From Rhodoferax sp. (GTDB lineage: Bacteria > Pseudomonadota > Gammaproteobacteria > Burkholderiales > Burkholderiaceae_C), in NCBI GenBank assembly GCA_025351745.1, contig JANXVI010000160.1:8890-72889 (forward strand): a stretch of 64,000 nucleotides of DNA, given 5' to 3'. This document shows, one piece after another, positions 18,079-27,692 of the stretch. How positions within the stretch are numbered: the stretch's first letter is position 1; each line of letters begins with the position of its first letter. The translations under genes and the position numbers were made by a program. The notes beneath the pieces are model-generated. The model saw only the letters and a program-made list of their open reading frames with translations. It did no database searches and was not told the DNA's origin.

Positions 18079-18945
18079 TCAATCGACGAAAAAGTCCGGC
18101 AGAAAATTCTTGTTCCCCGGTGTGACCGCATAGACATCCAAATCGGTCACGCCATGTGCGGCCAGCACCCCATCGTCGATGTAAAAGTTGCCGGTTTCAA
18201 ACATACCGTTGGTCAGCACGCAGTAGGCGGCGTCGGCCATGATCTCGGGCGTGCGGCACAGCGCAATATCCACGCCAGGGATCATCTGCATCGCTGCCGT
18301 GGCAATGGCGGTGCGCGGCCACAGGCTGTTGACGGCGATGCCCAGCTTCTTGAACTCACCGGCATGCCCCAGCGTGCACATGCTCATGCCGTACTTGGCC
18401 ATGCTGTAGGCGGTATGCGGTGCAAACCAGTGTGTCTTCATGCTCAACGGTGGCGACATGGTGAGCACTTGCGGCTTGCGCCCTGCGGCGGCCGATTTTT
18501 TGAGCTCGGGCAAGCAGGCGGCTGTGCAGAGGTAGGTGCCGCGCACGTTGATGCCGTTCATCAAGTCGAAGCGCTTCATGGGCGTCGCTTCGGTATTGGT
18601 CATGCTGATGGCGCTGGCGTTGTTGATCAGGATGTCGATGCCGCCAAAAGTCTCCACCGCCTTGGCGACCGCCGCGAACACCGCCTCGTCGTCTCGTATG
18701 TCCACCGCCAGCGGCAGTGCCTTGCCGCCTGCTGCTTCAATCTCCTGCGCCGCGCTGTAGATGGTGCCGGGTAACTTGGGATTGGGGTCAGTGGTCTTGG
18801 CAATGATCACGATGTTGGCACCGTCGCGCGCCGCGCGCTTGGCGATGGCCAGTCCAATGCCGCGCGAGGCACCGGTGACGAACAGGGTCTTGCCTTGGAG
18901 GCTGCCGACAAAACCTGTGGAAGCCGAAGCGGTACTACTTGTCAT
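18079..18945 (-). CDS. SDR oxidoreductase (HSDL2-like)
   Basis: TGASRGIG, INNAS, YSMAK (YxxxK), NSLWP. Confidence 0.9.
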   Translation of the reverse strand: MTSSTASASTGFVGSLQGKTLFVTGASRGIGLAIAKRAARDGANIVIIAKTTDPNPKLPGTIYSAAQEIEAAGGKALPLAVDIRDDEAVFAAVAKAVETFGGIDILINNASAISMTNTEATPMKRFDLMNGINVRGTYLCTAACLPELKKSAAAGRKPQVLTMSPPLSMKTHWFAPHTAYSMAKYGMSMCTLGHAGEFKKLGIAVNSLWPRTAIATAAMQMIPGVDIALCRTPEIMADAAYCVLTNGMFETGNFYIDDGVLAAHGVTDLDVYAVTPGNKNFLPDFFVD

Positions 18946-18977
18946 TGTCTCTCCTTGAAAGTGTAGCTAAAATTAAA

Positions 18978-19034
18978 CGCTATTATATTTATAGCAATAC
19001 AGTCAATATACACGAGGGCTAGACCCCGATTTTG
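18978..19034 (+). repeat. R1 repeat copy
   Basis: CGCTATTATATTTATAGC...CACGAGGGCTAGACCCCGATTTT. Confidence 0.8.
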
Positions 19035-19084
19035 TAAAAATTTCTCGTATGAAACCCCGATTTCGGTATATTTTTACACTCACC

Positions 19085-19849
19085 TCACCCCTGAAAGAAA
19101 TCCGGCTTTCGTTTCTCCAGAAATGCAGTGAATGCCTCCTTGGCCGCAGGCTCTTGCAACAGGCGCCCAAAACTCTCGGCCTCTTCGGCGATCTGGGCCA
19201 GCACCTGGGGCATTTGGCTCTTTTTCATCAGGCGCTTGGTTTCGATCAATGAAGCGATGGGTTTGGCGGCTAGCTTGCGCGCCAAGGTCTGAACTATGTC
19301 GTTGACCTCGGTCGGTGGAACGATGCGGTTGACCAGCCCCACCTCCAACGCGGCTTCAGCCATGAAGGGCTCACCCAGCAGCAGCGCTTCCGCTGCGCGG
19401 TGGTAGCCCATCATCTGTGGCACCAGCAAGCTGGAGCCCGCTTCGGGGCACAGACCCAGGTTGACGAAGGGCATGGAGAACGCTGCGTTGTCGCCCGCGT
19501 AGACCAGGTCGCAGTGGAACAGCAGCGTGGTGCCAATGCCCACGGCCGGCCCGCAAACGGCGGCGATGATTGGCTTGGGGTGGGTCGCCATCCCGCGCAA
19601 GAATTTGAACACGGGTGAGTCTTGTGTAGACGGCTTGCGTTGCAGAAAGTCGCTGATGTCGTTGCCGGCACTGAACACGGTTATGTCGCCCTGAATGACG
19701 GTGACACGGATGGCGGGGTCGCCACTGGCATGCTCCAGCGCATCCGCCATCGCACCGTACATGGCTTGGGTGAACGAGTTCTTCTTGTCTGGACGGTTGA
19801 TGGTGAAGGTCATCACGCCGTCGGCGGTGTGGGTCAGAATGTCTTGCAT
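19085..19849 (-). CDS. Enoyl-CoA hydratase/isomerase
   Basis: FSAGNDI, GPAVGIG and LCPEAGSS crotonase motifs. Confidence 0.9.
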   Translation of the reverse strand: MQDILTHTADGVMTFTINRPDKKNSFTQAMYGAMADALEHASGDPAIRVTVIQGDITVFSAGNDISDFLQRKPSTQDSPVFKFLRGMATHPKPIIAAVCGPAVGIGTTLLFHCDLVYAGDNAAFSMPFVNLGLCPEAGSSLLVPQMMGYHRAAEALLLGEPFMAEAALEVGLVNRIVPPTEVNDIVQTLARKLAAKPIASLIETKRLMKKSQMPQVLAQIAEEAESFGRLLQEPAAKEAFTAFLEKRKPDFFQG

Positions 19850-19871
19850 GGGGTCTCCTATTAATCAGTTG

Positions 19872-19914
19872 GGGACAGAGCTTGTCGCTACGCGACTGCG
19901 GTCTGTCCCGCAAG
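19872..19914 (-). repeat. Hairpin repeat (family R2), copy 1
   Basis: GGGACAGA...TCTGTCCC outer stem with inner GTCGC-TAC-GCGAC. Confidence 0.85.
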
Positions 19915-19918
19915 CATA

Positions 19919-20728
19919 TTAGTTTTTAAAATACACCAGCTGATGCGTGGTTGCCAGCAAAACGCCAGCTTCGTTCCATAGTTGTGCCGTGTGGTCAAAG
20001 TAGCCGTTGCGAAAAGCTTGGGCTCGGGCCTGTGCCAGCAAGTAGCCCGTGCCAGTGGCCTGAAGTTGCGCCGCGTCGGCGTGGAAGTACACGGTCATGG
20101 ACACCGTACCCACCGGCACGGAGGTTGCACGCCGTACAAACAAGCGCGGGAAGAACACGTCAGACAGCGCGGCCAAGGACGCAAAGTCCAGCGGGCGCGG
20201 GGGCTGGTCCCGCACCCACAATTGCGTCAAGCTGCCGTCACCACTGCCGTCCCACACCTGGGGCATGCCGCCGACGATGGGGCGCATCTCGTACTGCTTG
20301 ACCCACTCCATGGGCGCTTGGCCCGGCGGCAAGGCCACCTGATCGGGCGGCGGACATGGGGGCATGGCGTCCTCGTCCACGCTCCAGGTTTCTCGGCGAA
20401 TTGCCGTAAAGGCAGTTCCCGTCAGCACGATCTCGCCGTTTTGCTGAACATCAATGACCCAGTGCTGTGTGGACCGGTTGGTGCGCGCGGGATGGGCGTC
20501 TATAACAAAAGGCCCATCGGCCAACGCGGCCGCAAAGTTGATCGTCACCGACACCGGTTCCCCGAGGCGCTGCGGGTGCAGCAGCACGGCGTTCAACAAC
20601 TGCGCCGCACTGATGCCACCAAACGGGCCCACCATGTTGGCATAGGCCGCACTCGTATGGCCGTTGAAGGTGCCGTCCGACTGCTGTTGCAGCGCTACCG
20701 CCTGGTCAAAAATATGTGCTGTCGTCAA
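19919..20728 (-). CDS. Acyl-CoA thioesterase (TesB-like double hotdog)
   Basis: GPFGG and LSDVFFP motifs; TTG start with GGAGA SD. Confidence 0.82.
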   Translation of the reverse strand: MTTAHIFDQAVALQQQSDGTFNGHTSAAYANMVGPFGGISAAQLLNAVLLHPQRLGEPVSVTINFAAALADGPFVIDAHPARTNRSTQHWVIDVQQNGEIVLTGTAFTAIRRETWSVDEDAMPPCPPPDQVALPPGQAPMEWVKQYEMRPIVGGMPQVWDGSGDGSLTQLWVRDQPPRPLDFASLAALSDVFFPRLFVRRATSVPVGTVSMTVYFHADAAQLQATGTGYLLAQARAQAFRNGYFDHTAQLWNEAGVLLATTHQLVYFKN

Positions 20729-20744
20729 AAGAGTGTCTCCATGC

Positions 20745-20765
20745 AAAAAGCCACCCGCAGGTGGC
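20745..20765 (-). terminator. Rho-independent terminator after the thiolase gene
   Basis: Minus strand GCCACC-TGCG-GGTGGC-TTTTT. Confidence 0.65.
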
Positions 20766-20792
20766 CCTTCGGTCTCAATCAATAGGCCAGAA

Positions 20793-21989
20793 TTAAACGC
20801 GCTCAAAAATACCGGCGGCGCCCTGTCCCATACCCACACACATGGACACCATGCTGTATTTCAGATTATTGCGGTGCATGGCGTGGATCGCTGTCGCAGA
20901 ACGGATAGCACCGGTGGCGCCCAGCGGGTGGCCCAACGCAATGGCGCCGCCCATGGGGTTGACCTTGGCCGGGTCCAGACCCAGCGTATTGACCACGGCC
21001 AGCGACTGCGCGGCAAAGGCTTCGTTCAATTCGATCCAGTCGATGTCGTTCAGGCTCAGACCGGCATAACGCAGCGCAGCGGGTATCGCTTCGATGGGGC
21101 CAATGCCCATGATGTGCGGCGGTACTCCCTTGGAGGCAAATGACACAAAGCGCGCCAGCGGCTTCAAGCCGTATTGCTTGACGGCTTTCTCGCTGGCCAG
21201 AATCAGTGCACCGGCTCCGTCTGATGTTTGTGAGCTATTGCCCGCAGTTACCGAACCGCGCGCAGCAAAAACTGCGTTGAGTTTGGACAAGCCCTCCATC
21301 GACGTATCGGGGCGTGGGCCCTCGTCCAGCGACACGGTGCGGCGCTTCTCCACCACTTCACCGGTCTCCAAGTTCGGGCTGCGGTCGACCACGTCGATCG
21401 GCGTGATCTCGGCCGTAAAGTCGCCTGCGGCTTGCGCAGCCAGCGCGCGGCGGTGGGACTCCACAGCGAACGCGTCTTGTGCCTCTCGGCTGACCTTCCA
21501 CTGGTTAGCCACTTTCTCAGCGGTCAAGCCCATGCCGTAGGCAATGCCAATGTTCTCGTCGCGCTCGAACATCGTGGGTGACAGTGATGGCGAATTGCCC
21601 ATCATGGGCACCATGCTCATGCTCTCGACGCCGGCGGCGATCATCACGTCGGCCTCGCCGACGCGGATGCGGTCAGCGGCCATTTGAATGGCACTCAAAC
21701 CGGACGCGCAAAAGCGGTTCACGGTGATGCCGCCCACACTGTTGGGCAAGCCGGCCAGCACGGCGCCAATGCGTGCGATGTTCAGCCCCTGTGGACCTTC
21801 GGGAATAGCGCATCCACAGATGATGTCTTCAATGGCTTTGGCATCTAAGCTGGGCACTTGGGCCAGTGCCGCTTGCAGGGCCTTGACCAGCAGGTCGTCA
21901 GGCCGCATGTTGCGAAAGAAACCGCGGTGCGAACGGCCGATGGGCGTGCGCGTAGCAGCAACGATGTAGGCGTCTTGAACTTGTTTCAT
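20793..21989 (-). CDS. fadA: Acetyl-CoA C-acyltransferase (thiolase)
   Basis: NRFCASGL, NEAFA, GHPLGATG, SMCVGMG. Confidence 0.92.
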   Translation of the reverse strand: MKQVQDAYIVAATRTPIGRSHRGFFRNMRPDDLLVKALQAALAQVPSLDAKAIEDIICGCAIPEGPQGLNIARIGAVLAGLPNSVGGITVNRFCASGLSAIQMAADRIRVGEADVMIAAGVESMSMVPMMGNSPSLSPTMFERDENIGIAYGMGLTAEKVANQWKVSREAQDAFAVESHRRALAAQAAGDFTAEITPIDVVDRSPNLETGEVVEKRRTVSLDEGPRPDTSMEGLSKLNAVFAARGSVTAGNSSQTSDGAGALILASEKAVKQYGLKPLARFVSFASKGVPPHIMGIGPIEAIPAALRYAGLSLNDIDWIELNEAFAAQSLAVVNTLGLDPAKVNPMGGAIALGHPLGATGAIRSATAIHAMHRNNLKYSMVSMCVGMGQGAAGIFERV

Positions 21990-22025
21990 AAATTGCTCCT
22001 AAAGTGTTGAGGTCAGTGCTAGCCG

Positions 22026-22577
22026 CTATTGGGCTACGGTCTGCCGCGCAATGTCATTGGTCTTTTTACGTGGGGCCGACGGAATCCAGGCCCAAACAAA
22101 TTCACATTCAATGGGTGCGGCACCCGACTCATCGCTGACTTGCACTTGCACAGTCACTTCTCCCTTGTTGCTTCGCTGCATGTCGGCCCGCTGCGCATCG
22201 CTGAGCACGGCCACCGCACGCAGCGCACCGACGGCCCGCTTCTTGAAGTCAATGTGCATTTGCTTGGCCAGGGGCAAGCAGTCGTCGCGCACGTTCATGC
22301 CGACCACCATGCCAGTAGCCGTTTCGGCCAGCAAGGCCATAGCAGCGGCATGCACGCCATGGATGTGGTTTTGCACGCGACGGTGGTTGGCAACGGCAAT
22401 CTCCACGCGCGCAGGCGTCATCAGCGTGTACTGCAGTCCGGCGGTACCCGTAAAGGGCACCGCATGCCCCAGCACCTTGCTGCGCGCCCAGGGGCGCGCA
22501 AAACGCGGCAACCGGTCCAGCTTGCGCAAGGTGCGCGCAAGCCGGTTGGGTGCAGAGGATGAATTAGTTTGGGCCAT
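22026..22577 (-). CDS. Hotdog-fold (PaaI/DUF4442-like) protein
   Basis: NHIHGVHAAAMALLAETATG motif. Confidence 0.8.
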   Translation of the reverse strand: MAQTNSSSAPNRLARTLRKLDRLPRFARPWARSKVLGHAVPFTGTAGLQYTLMTPARVEIAVANHRRVQNHIHGVHAAAMALLAETATGMVVGMNVRDDCLPLAKQMHIDFKKRAVGALRAVAVLSDAQRADMQRSNKGEVTVQVQVSDESGAAPIECEFVWAWIPSAPRKKTNDIARQTVAQ

Positions 22578-22600
22578 AGGCGCTCCACAGGGCGTAGTTC

Positions 22601-22730
22601 GTGGTTGGGTAAGCGTAGCGAGCGGTTCTCAGACAAAGCGGACGGAGCACAGCAACCGGAACGTACTTCTGTACGAGAGCATTTTTTGTGGGCTGCAACG
22701 ACGCATGGCGGCTGCGCGGTAGCCCGATCA
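22601..22730. repeat. ~130-bp imperfect palindromic element (RPE-like)
   Basis: Imperfect terminal inverted arms and a central CGTAC-TTCT-GTACG hairpin within ACGGAGCACAGCAACCGGAACGTAC...GTACGAGAGCATT. Confidence 0.45.
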
Positions 22731-22734
22731 GTCG

Positions 22735-22780
22735 AGGACAGAGCAAAAATACTTCGCAATTATTGGACTGTCCCGCGAAC
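22735..22780 (-). repeat. R2 hairpin repeat, divergent copy
   Basis: GGACAG...CTGTCC outer stem retained, inner part replaced; same position just after a TAA stop. Confidence 0.6.
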
Positions 22781-22783
22781 ATA

Positions 22784-25207
22784 TTAGTTTCTCACTGGTT
22801 TGCCGGTGGACATCATGCCCATGATCCGCTCTTGCGTTTTGGCATTGGTCAGCAATGAACAGAACGCCTTGCGTTCCAAGGTCATGATGTATTCCTCAGT
22901 CACCAAACTACCGGCATCCACATCGCCGCCACACACCACTTCGGCGATCAGGCCGGCGATATGGAAGTCATGCGCACTGATGAAACCACCATCGCGCATG
23001 TTGACCAGTGAGCCCTTGATAGTGGCCACACCGCTGCGGCCCGCCACAGCGAACTGGCGCTTGTGCGGTGCGCGGTAGCCACCGTTGAACATGGCCCGGG
23101 CCTCGTTGATGGCAACGAACAGTAACTCATCTTTGTGCGGCACAACAACATCGCTGTCCAGCAAATAGCCCAGCTTGCGCGAATCCAGCGCACCGGTACC
23201 CACCTTGGCCATGGCGGCCGTCGTGAAACCTTCGGTCAGGAAGGGCACGATGTCCTTGCCGGTAGACGCAGCAGCGTTTTCTGCTGCACGGCGCGCAATG
23301 TAGGTAAGGCCACCTGCGCCTGGCACCAAGCCCACACCCACTTCGACCAAGCCGATATAGCTTTCCATTGCGACAACCCGCTTGCTGGAGTACACGGCCA
23401 GCTCGCAGCCACCACCCAACGCCAAGCCACGCACGGCGGACACCACGGGGACGTTGGAATAGCGCAGCTTCAGCATGGCCTGCTGCATCTCCAGTTCGGC
23501 GCCATCAATGGCGGCAGCGCCACCCACCATGAAGGCGGGCAGCATAGACTGCAGATCGGCACCGGCAGAGAACATCTCGTCGGGTGACCAGATGACCAGC
23601 CCTTGGAAGTCCTTTTCAGCCATTTCCTGGCCCATAACCAGGCCTTCAACCACGCCGGGGCCGATGGCATGCATCTTGGTCTTGATGCTGGCGATCAACA
23701 CCTGGCCTCCAGAGGGCCCATCCTGATCCGCGTCTAGCGTCCACAGACGGATGTATTCGTCTTCGTGCAGCGTCTTGCCGGCGGTCGTTGCAGATGGCGC
23801 GTTGGCACCCAGCACGCTTTCAGGGAAGTGCTGGCGCGCATAGACCGGCAATGCGCGCGGCGGTACAAATTTGCCTGCCGTGGGATTCCACGATCCCGCT
23901 GGCGTGTGCACACCACCCGCATCGGCTACCGGGCCTTTGAAGACCCAATCCGGCAGCGGCGCTTTGCACAGCGCCTTGCCCGCGTCGATGTCTTCCTTGA
24001 CCATATTGGCCACTTCCAGCCAGCCAGCCTCCTGCCATAGCTCGAACGGACCCTGCTGCATGCCAAAACCCCAGCGCATGCAGAAGTCCACATCGCGGGC
24101 GTTGTCGGCAACATCGGCCAGATGCACGGCGGCATAGTGGAACGCATTGCGCAAAATAGCCCACAGGAACTGGCCTTGCTTGCCCTCGGAGGTGCGCAGC
24201 AGTTTTAAGCGCTCGGCCGCTGGCTTCTTGAGCATGCGGACATAGACCTCGTCACCTTTCTCACCACCCGGCACATACTCTTTGCTGGCAAGGTCAAAGC
24301 GCATGATGTCGCGCCCGACCTTCTTGAAGAAGCCGGCCTTCGTCTTCTGGCCCAGACTGCCCATTTCCATCAGGGCCTTCAGCACCTCGGGTGTTGCAAA
24401 GCTGGCGTAAAACGGATCGGTATCGATGGACAGGTTGTCTTGCAACGTCTTGATGACATGGGCCATGGTGTCCAGGCCCACGACATCGGCCGTGCGGAAC
24501 GTGCCGCTGGACGCGCGGCCCAGCTTCTTGCCGGTCAGGTCATCGACCACGTCATAGGTCAGACCGAAATTTTCGACCTCTTTCATCGTCATCAACATGC
24601 CGGCAATGCCGACACGGTTGGCGATGAAGTTGGGGGTGTCTTTGGCATGCACGACGCCCTTGCCCAGGTTGCTGGTGACAAAGGCTTCCAGGTCGTCCAG
24701 CACTTGCGGCAGCGTGGTGGGGGTGTTGATCAGCTCGACCAGCGCCATGTAACGCGGGGGGTTGAAGAAGTGGATGCCGCAGAAGCGCGGCTTGATTTCT
24801 TCTGGCAATGCCTCGCTGAGCTTGGTGATCGACAGGCCCGATGTGTTGGATGCAACGATGGCGTGCGGCGCGACAAACGGAGCGATTTTCCTGTACAGGT
24901 CCAGCTTCCAGTCCATGCGTTCGGCAATCGCCTCGATGATCAGATCGCACTCACCCAGCAGCGCCATGTGTTCTTCGTAGTTGGCCGGCTGGATCAGCAC
25001 GGCGTCCTCATTCACGCCCAGCGGTGCGGGCTTGAGCTTCTTCAAACCTTCAATGGCCTTGGTGACGATGCCGTTCTTGGGGCCTTCTTTCGCCGGTAAA
25101 TCGAACAAGATGACGGGCACCTTGACATTGACCAGGTGTGCGGCGATTTGCGCGCCCATCACACCCGCGCCGAGCACGGCGACTTTTTTGACTTGGAAAC
25201 GGGACAT
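22784..25207 (-). CDS. 3-hydroxyacyl-CoA dehydrogenase/enoyl-CoA hydratase fusion (FadN-type order)
   Basis: GAGVMG, SNTSGL, HFFNPP; C-terminal crotonase motifs FSAGADL and GGGCE. Confidence 0.92.
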   Translation of the reverse strand: MSRFQVKKVAVLGAGVMGAQIAAHLVNVKVPVILFDLPAKEGPKNGIVTKAIEGLKKLKPAPLGVNEDAVLIQPANYEEHMALLGECDLIIEAIAERMDWKLDLYRKIAPFVAPHAIVASNTSGLSITKLSEALPEEIKPRFCGIHFFNPPRYMALVELINTPTTLPQVLDDLEAFVTSNLGKGVVHAKDTPNFIANRVGIAGMLMTMKEVENFGLTYDVVDDLTGKKLGRASSGTFRTADVVGLDTMAHVIKTLQDNLSIDTDPFYASFATPEVLKALMEMGSLGQKTKAGFFKKVGRDIMRFDLASKEYVPGGEKGDEVYVRMLKKPAAERLKLLRTSEGKQGQFLWAILRNAFHYAAVHLADVADNARDVDFCMRWGFGMQQGPFELWQEAGWLEVANMVKEDIDAGKALCKAPLPDWVFKGPVADAGGVHTPAGSWNPTAGKFVPPRALPVYARQHFPESVLGANAPSATTAGKTLHEDEYIRLWTLDADQDGPSGGQVLIASIKTKMHAIGPGVVEGLVMGQEMAEKDFQGLVIWSPDEMFSAGADLQSMLPAFMVGGAAAIDGAELEMQQAMLKLRYSNVPVVSAVRGLALGGGCELAVYSSKRVVAMESYIGLVEVGVGLVPGAGGLTYIARRAAENAAASTGKDIVPFLTEGFTTAAMAKVGTGALDSRKLGYLLDSDVVVPHKDELLFVAINEARAMFNGGYRAPHKRQFAVAGRSGVATIKGSLVNMRDGGFISAHDFHIAGLIAEVVCGGDVDAGSLVTEEYIMTLERKAFCSLLTNAKTQERIMGMMSTGKPVRN

Positions 25208-25231
25208 TTAAGTTCCTCCTTTTAAACAGTT

Positions 25232-25333
25232 GAGGACAGAGCTTGTGGCCTTGCCATTGCGGTCTGTCCCGCAAGTTATTCGTATGTCGAGGACAGAGCT
25301 TGTGGCGATGCCACTGCGGTCTGTCCCACAAAG
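25232..25333 (-). repeat. Two tandem R2 hairpin repeats
   Basis: GAGGACAGAGCTTGTGGC-CTT-GCCATTGCGGTCTGTCCC (from 25232) and GAGGACAGAGCTTGTGGC-GAT-GCCACTGCGGTCTGTCCC (from 25289). Confidence 0.88.
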
Positions 25334-25336
25334 TTA

Positions 25337-25774
25337 TTAGTTGACGCGATTCCAGGTTTGCGTGCGGTAGAAGAACCCGATGTAGCCGCGCATCTGCAGC
25401 TTCTTGCCGCCTTCAATCGGCGTTACGGTGGCCTTGTAGACCTTGCCGTTCTTGGGGTCGAGGATGGTGCCACCTTCCCATACGTCCTTGCCATCGGTTT
25501 TCTTCAGACCGCGCATGATCTCCATGCCCAGTATGGGCTGATCCTTGCGCTCGTCTGCGCACTCAACACATTTGTCGTCCTGCTTGGCCTTGGCATCGAG
25601 GATCTTGTCGATCTTGCCGGAGACCACACCTGCAGTCTCCACGATGCGGATTTCGGACTTGACGGTGCCGTCCTTGTCGTCAATCGTTTGCCACACGCCA
25701 ACGGGCGACATTTGGGCCATGGCCGAGACACTGAAACCACATACCAAAACTGCAATGATTGAACGCAACACCAT
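25337..25774 (-). CDS. DUF2147 periplasmic protein
   Basis: Signal peptide, PVGVWQTIDD, GTILDPKNGKVY, RTQTW. Confidence 0.85.
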   Translation of the reverse strand: MVLRSIIAVLVCGFSVSAMAQMSPVGVWQTIDDKDGTVKSEIRIVETAGVVSGKIDKILDAKAKQDDKCVECADERKDQPILGMEIMRGLKKTDGKDVWEGGTILDPKNGKVYKATVTPIEGGKKLQMRGYIGFFYRTQTWNRVN

Positions 25775-25834
25775 GGAAACTCTCCTAAAATTATCAATAG
25801 AACTCGACGATCGAATGAACAAGACGGGGACGTA

Positions 25835-27646
25835 TCAGGCCAGCGCCAAATCGGTGTCCATCAACACCTTGCTACCGGCACGCGCGGTACGCATCAGCGT
25901 AGCAGTCTCAGGGAACAGCTTGCCAAAGTAGAAGCGCGCGGTCTGCAGCTTGGCGCCATAGAACGGGTCGGCCGGCCTTCCCTCTTTTTCAGCGGCGGAT
26001 ATTTCGCGCAGCGCAACTTGTGCCATGCGGGCCCAGAAGTAGCCGAACACCAGGTGGCCGGCGACGCGCAGGTAGTCCACCGCGGCGGCGCCCACTTCGT
26101 CGGGGTTCTGGAAACCCTTGAAGCCGATCTCGGTCGTGAACTTGGTCATCTGGTCGCCCAGGATGGCGATGGGGGTGATGAACTCGGCCATCTTTTCGTT
26201 GACGCCTTCTTCTTCCACCAGTTGGCCCACCAGCTTGCCAAACTTCTTCAGCGTGGCGCCGTTGTTGCCCAAAATCTTGCGGCCCAGCAGGTCCAGCGAC
26301 TGGATGGTGTTGGTGCCTTCGTAAATCATGTTGATGCGGTTGTCGCGCACGAATTGCTCCATGCCCCATTCCTTGATGAAGCCGTGGCCGCCAAACACCT
26401 GCATGCACGCATTGGTGGCGATGTGGCCGTTGTCGGTCAGGAAAGCCTTGGCGATGGGTGTGAGCATGGCGATCAGCTCGCCGGACTCGGTACGCACTTT
26501 TTCGTCTGGATGGCCATGTTCTTTCTCCAGCAACATCGCGCAGTAAGCCTGCAGCATGCGGCCGCCTTCGGCATAGGCCTTTGCGGTGAGCAGCATCTTG
26601 CGCACGTCGGGGTGCACGATGATGGGGTCAGCCGGCTTGTCTTTGGCCTTGGGGCCGGTCAGCGATCGCATCTGGAGGCGGTCTTTGGCATAGGCCAGCG
26701 CGTTTTGGTAAGCCACTTCGGTCAGCCCCAACGACTGGTTGCCCACGCCCAGGCGGGCCGAGTTCATCATCACAAACATGCCTTGCATGCCCTTGTTGGG
26801 CTGGCCGATCAAGGTACCCACAGCCCCGTCCAGCACGATCTGCGCCGTTGCATTGGCCTTGATCCCCATCTTGTGCTCCAGGCCGCCGCAATAGATACCG
26901 TTGCGCGAACCCAATGAACCATCCTTGTTCACGTTGAATTTGGGAACCACAAACAGGCTAACGCCCTTGATGCCGGGGGGCGCATCGGTCAGGCGGGCCA
27001 GCACCAGGTGGATGATGTTGTCGGCCATGTCGTGCTCACCGGCGCTGATGAAAATCTTGTTGCCAGTGATCTTGTAGGTGCCGTCGGCCTGCGGCTCGGC
27101 CTTGGTGCGCATCAGACCCAGGTCGGTACCGCAATGGGGTTCGGTCAGGCACATCGTGCCGGTCCATTCGCCGCTGGTCATCTTGTGCAGGTAGGTCTGC
27201 TGTTGCTCGGGCGTGCCGTAGGTATGCAGCGCGTGGTAGGCGCCGTGGGTCAAGCCGGGGTACATGGTCCAGGCCTGGTTGGCGCTGTTGAGCATTTCAT
27301 AGAACATGCTGTTGACGACCAGTGGCAGGCCCTGACCGCCAAATTCGGGGTCGCAACCCAAAGCAGCCCAGCCGCCTTCGACGTATGTCTTGTAGGCTTC
27401 CTTGAAACCCTTGGGCGTGGTGACAGCATGGGTGGTCTGGTCGATCGTGCAACCTTCGGCATCACCGGGGATGTTCAGCGGAAAGATGACCTCGGTGGCA
27501 AACTTGCCACCCTCTTCAAGCACGGCGTTGATGGTTTCGACATCCATCTCGGCGTACTTGGGTATCTGCTTGAAGTCATCGACCACGTTGAGCACTTCGT
27601 GCATCACAAACTGCATGTCGCGCAGGGGCGGGTTGTAGGTAGGCAT
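25835..27646 (-). CDS. Acyl-CoA dehydrogenase
   Basis: MCLTEPHCGTD, KIFISAGEHD, IYEGTN, QVFGGHG. Confidence 0.93.
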   Translation of the reverse strand: MPTYNPPLRDMQFVMHEVLNVVDDFKQIPKYAEMDVETINAVLEEGGKFATEVIFPLNIPGDAEGCTIDQTTHAVTTPKGFKEAYKTYVEGGWAALGCDPEFGGQGLPLVVNSMFYEMLNSANQAWTMYPGLTHGAYHALHTYGTPEQQQTYLHKMTSGEWTGTMCLTEPHCGTDLGLMRTKAEPQADGTYKITGNKIFISAGEHDMADNIIHLVLARLTDAPPGIKGVSLFVVPKFNVNKDGSLGSRNGIYCGGLEHKMGIKANATAQIVLDGAVGTLIGQPNKGMQGMFVMMNSARLGVGNQSLGLTEVAYQNALAYAKDRLQMRSLTGPKAKDKPADPIIVHPDVRKMLLTAKAYAEGGRMLQAYCAMLLEKEHGHPDEKVRTESGELIAMLTPIAKAFLTDNGHIATNACMQVFGGHGFIKEWGMEQFVRDNRINMIYEGTNTIQSLDLLGRKILGNNGATLKKFGKLVGQLVEEEGVNEKMAEFITPIAILGDQMTKFTTEIGFKGFQNPDEVGAAAVDYLRVAGHLVFGYFWARMAQVALREISAAEKEGRPADPFYGAKLQTARFYFGKLFPETATLMRTARAGSKVLMDTDLALA

Positions 27647-27692
27647 GGTGGTTGCTCCTTGTTGAACAGTGAATCAGATGAATCGAAAAAAA

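Noticed and set aside
25232-25333. Tandem 45-bp repeats as a mini CRISPR array
   Set aside because: Only two adjacent units with a ~13-nt gap, no cas genes, and further copies are dispersed after stop codons.
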